NCBI GenBank assembly: GCA_016840085.1
Contig: JAEOTA010000051.1
Span: 68,548 to 132,547, forward strand
From: Promethearchaeota archaeon
GTDB lineage: Archaea; Asgardarchaeota; Lokiarchaeia; Sigyniarchaeales; SOKP01
Length of the DNA: 64,000 nt
Direction: 5' to 3'
Shown here: piece by piece, positions 61,481 to 64,000 of the stretch
Position numbering within the stretch: position 1 is the stretch's first letter
How the letters are laid out: each line of letters begins with the position of its first letter
Translations under genes and position numbers: made by a program
Notes under the pieces: generated by a model
The model's input: only the letters and a program-made list of their open reading frames with translations
What the model was told of the DNA's origin: nothing
Database searches by the model: none

Positions 61481-62554
61481 ATCTCGGAATCTTCATCAGA
61501 TAATATTGTTCAAGAAGAAGAAAAAGAAGAAATCGAAAAAGATCTAGAAATCACTCCAGAACAGTTAATACTTAAATGGAAATTTCAAAATGTTGATAAA
61601 AAACTTGTTTATGATATAGAAAAATGCATAGGATGTTCATTATGTAAATTAATATGCCCAACTGAAGCAATTGAGCTTGGACCAATTCCGGAAATCGCCC
61701 AAAAAATACTAGAAGACAGCAATCCAAAAATATTGATTGATTATGAAAAATGTTGTTATTGTATGTTATGTGCTGTTGTTTGCCCTAATGACGCATTTCA
61801 TGAGAATATCAAACCAGAAGAACAAATTGATTTGGACGAATACCCCTCAGTTGGCAAATTTTATAAAATTGATCTTGATAAATGTATCGAGGATCCCAAA
61901 AACGAAGTTTGTCAACTTTGTCTAACTGTTAGAGAGAGAAACCAAGTGAAAGCATATTTTAGAATTCAAAAAGAATGCCCTACTCAATGTTTTTATATTG
62001 AATCCCCTATAAAGGGAGAAGTAATTATAAAAAAAAATATGCTTCATAAATGTGATCCCCAAGGTTGTAAAGCTTGTGTCTATATCTGCCCTACAGAATC
62101 TTTTTTCATTCCAGAAAGGGCAGAGGATGTGAAAAAATTTGGAAAAATAGCATGTAAAGAAGATGAGTGCTTTTACTGCGGAGCCTGTGAAAACTCATGT
62201 CCAGATGATTTAATAATTGTTAAAAGAAAAGAAATTGAAATTAATGACCCTAAAAAACCTGGTAATTATCCTTGGATTAAAGGATGGATAAAAAATATTA
62301 AAGAAATCTTAAGAAAAAGATTAATTTATGAAAAAGAACAAATTAAAATTCCACTCATAGAAGAAGAGATTAAAAAAGTAAAAAAGAAAATTGAAGAAAA
62401 GATACCTCAATTATCTAAAGAAGATAAAATGAAATTAAATGAATTAAATGAAAAAATCCAAGAATTTCTAAGGTCCTCTAAAATTAGGTATTGGATAAAG
62501 GATAAGAAAACAGATAAAATTGTAAAAGAATTAAATAAATTTTTAAATAAATAA
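61481..62554 (+). CDS. Polyferredoxin (FwdF-like); probable ATC start
   Basis: Frame is open from 61478 and includes CIGCSLCKLICP upstream of the predicted TTG; several CxxCxxCxxxCP motifs. Confidence 0.8.
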   Translation: MSESSSDNIVQEEEKEEIEKDLEITPEQLILKWKFQNVDKKLVYDIEKCIGCSLCKLICPTEAIELGPIPEIAQKILEDSNPKILIDYEKCCYCMLCAVVCPNDAFHENIKPEEQIDLDEYPSVGKFYKIDLDKCIEDPKNEVCQLCLTVRERNQVKAYFRIQKECPTQCFYIESPIKGEVIIKKNMLHKCDPQGCKACVYICPTESFFIPERAEDVKKFGKIACKEDECFYCGACENSCPDDLIIVKRKEIEINDPKKPGNYPWIKGWIKNIKEILRKRLIYEKEQIKIPLIEEEIKKVKKKIEEKIPQLSKEDKMKLNELNEKIQEFLRSSKIRYWIKDKKTDKIVKELNKFLNK

Positions 62555-62897
62555 ATTTAAGTTTATTCTTGACTTTAATTAGTTCTCCTTATATTAATTG
62601 ATCTCTAAGAAATAAAAAGAATCACCAATCATTGGTGCAAAGAAAACCTCTTTAAAGACTATCTTAAAAATATTAATAAAAATAATTAATTACAATTTGA
62701 CTCTTTTATGTATTCAAATGAATAACTCTAATTTGGAGTTAAATAGATATATATTATAAAAGATTTGGTAATTTAGATCTTAAATCTAGATAATATTACT
62801 AATTTAACGTATTTATCATAAGAGTATGACGTTTTTGTCTCTCTGTTTAAATGAATTTTACTATATTAAGAATTTACAGTTAATATAACTTCAGAAT

Positions 62898-64000
62898 TTA
62901 TTTTTTCATTTTAAAAACTACAACAGCAAGTGCTAAAAATAAAAAGGTTAATAGTAGCATGATTAGAAAATCCATGAAAAACATATCTAAACCAAAGCCA
63001 TTAATCATGATTGCTCTGCTAATTCTTATCGAATATGTCATGGGAATAAAATATGAAATATATTGAAATACTTCTGGAAATGAATTTATAGGAAAAATAA
63101 ATCCTGAGAAGAACATTGAAGGAATTAAGAGCAATGGGATGAATTGAAATGCTTGCAGCTCGTTTTGGGCAAAAGAAGAAGCAAAAATACCTAGCCCAAC
63201 ACAGGACATTGCATAGATAAAGAGGACAAAAAATAACAATAGAATATTACCAACAATATGGATTTGGAAGAGAAGTACTGAAATTGCTAGCAAAAGTGCA
63301 CTTTGGACTAATGCTATTAACGAGTTCCCCAATAAATACCCTATCATTATTTCCGATTTGGAAGTGGATGTCACCTTAACTCTATACAAAGTTCCCGTCA
63401 ATCGTTCCTTAGTAAGACCCCCAGTAACCGTTAAAATCATGAATAAAAAGAGTGCAAAACTGAGAATTCCTGGTCCAAGAGAATCAATTGGTCTTAAATT
63501 TGGATCCCCCGCAATATAGATGAGGTTTAATTCTAAATGAGATTCTTCTCCTGATATCTCATTTATCACTGTTCCAATAACTTCTGAGATTGCTCCTATT
63601 ACGGAGCTTATCGTCTGTGGATCGCTTCCATCTATATATGTTGATATTTGGATATAATTTGAAATATTCACCATATCCTCCGTAAAGTTTATAGGAATTA
63701 CGATTAGTGCATAATAATCGTTTCCTCCATAGATATGTGGAATTTCTTTTGAAAGATTAAATGTTTTTAAATTCAGTAATTTGACATCCACTCTATCGTC
63801 TTCCTCAAGGGATCTTATGAATATTTCAGAGAATTTGGTGTCATTTATCCCCATATAAGGTATACCCTCTCCACCTTCATCAAAATTAACAATCTTAATG
63901 GGTACATGTCTAACAGGTTGTCCAAAAGCATATCCAAAAAGAACCATCATAAAGATAGGCATCATAATGAGTAATCCTACTGTCCGTCTATCATGTAATA
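62898..64000 (-). CDS. ABC-2 type permease (5' end beyond the window)
   Basis: Multiple TM helices, DGSDP, KERLTGTL and FSGFIFP motifs. Confidence 0.88.
   Translation of the reverse strand, partial: LHDRRTVGLLIMMPIFMMVLFGYAFGQPVRHVPIKIVNFDEGGEGIPYMGINDTKFSEIFIRSLEEDDRVDVKLLNLKTFNLSKEIPHIYGGNDYYALIVIPINFTEDMVNISNYIQISTYIDGSDPQTISSVIGAISEVIGTVINEISGEESHLELNLIYIAGDPNLRPIDSLGPGILSFALFLFMILTVTGGLTKERLTGTLYRVKVTSTSKSEIMIGYLLGNSLIALVQSALLLAISVLLFQIHIVGNILLLFFVLFIYAMSCVGLGIFASSFAQNELQAFQFIPLLLIPSMFFSGFIFPINSFPEVFQYISYFIPMTYSIRISRAIMINGFGLDMFFMDFLIMLLLTFLFLALAVVVFKMKK

Noticed and set aside
1-64000. tRNA or rRNA genes
   Set aside because: No GC-rich cloverleaf or rRNA-like stretch was seen by eye; a tRNAscan or Infernal run would be needed to exclude them

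Overview
AT-rich (about 30% GC by eye) archaeal DNA, most likely Asgard archaeal (Lokiarchaeia-like). The inference rests on MglA-type small GTPases, Loki-type LRR, NosD and SBBP surface proteins with IPGY-type C-terminal anchors, archaeal Cdc48 and Hdr genes. Left part (0.3-15.6 kb): PEPCK, a GTPase, a divergent FrhB/FpoF-like gene and an hdrC-hdrB-hdrA'-hdrA''-mvhD-hdrA::mvhD-metV-metF-lrp cluster. Middle (15.6-39.8 kb): an accessory island with no integrase or transposase. It is punctuated by four co-oriented, progressively shorter copies of one small GC-rich anchor gene and by other orphan 3' gene ends, which suggests repeated cargo accretion. Cargo includes a Toll-receptor-like NosD-TM-wHTH-TIR protein, LRR proteins, an NDT-like protein, a beta-propeller surface protein and several pseudogenes. 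Right part: a second metVF, a radical SAM pseudogene, VIT1/rubrerythrin, ABC transporters, a histidine kinase, an Lpd-like reductase, an orphan N6-adenine MTase and an hsp20-cdc48-regulator operon. Three genes appear to need ATA or ATC start codons. No rRNA, tRNA or CRISPR array was seen.
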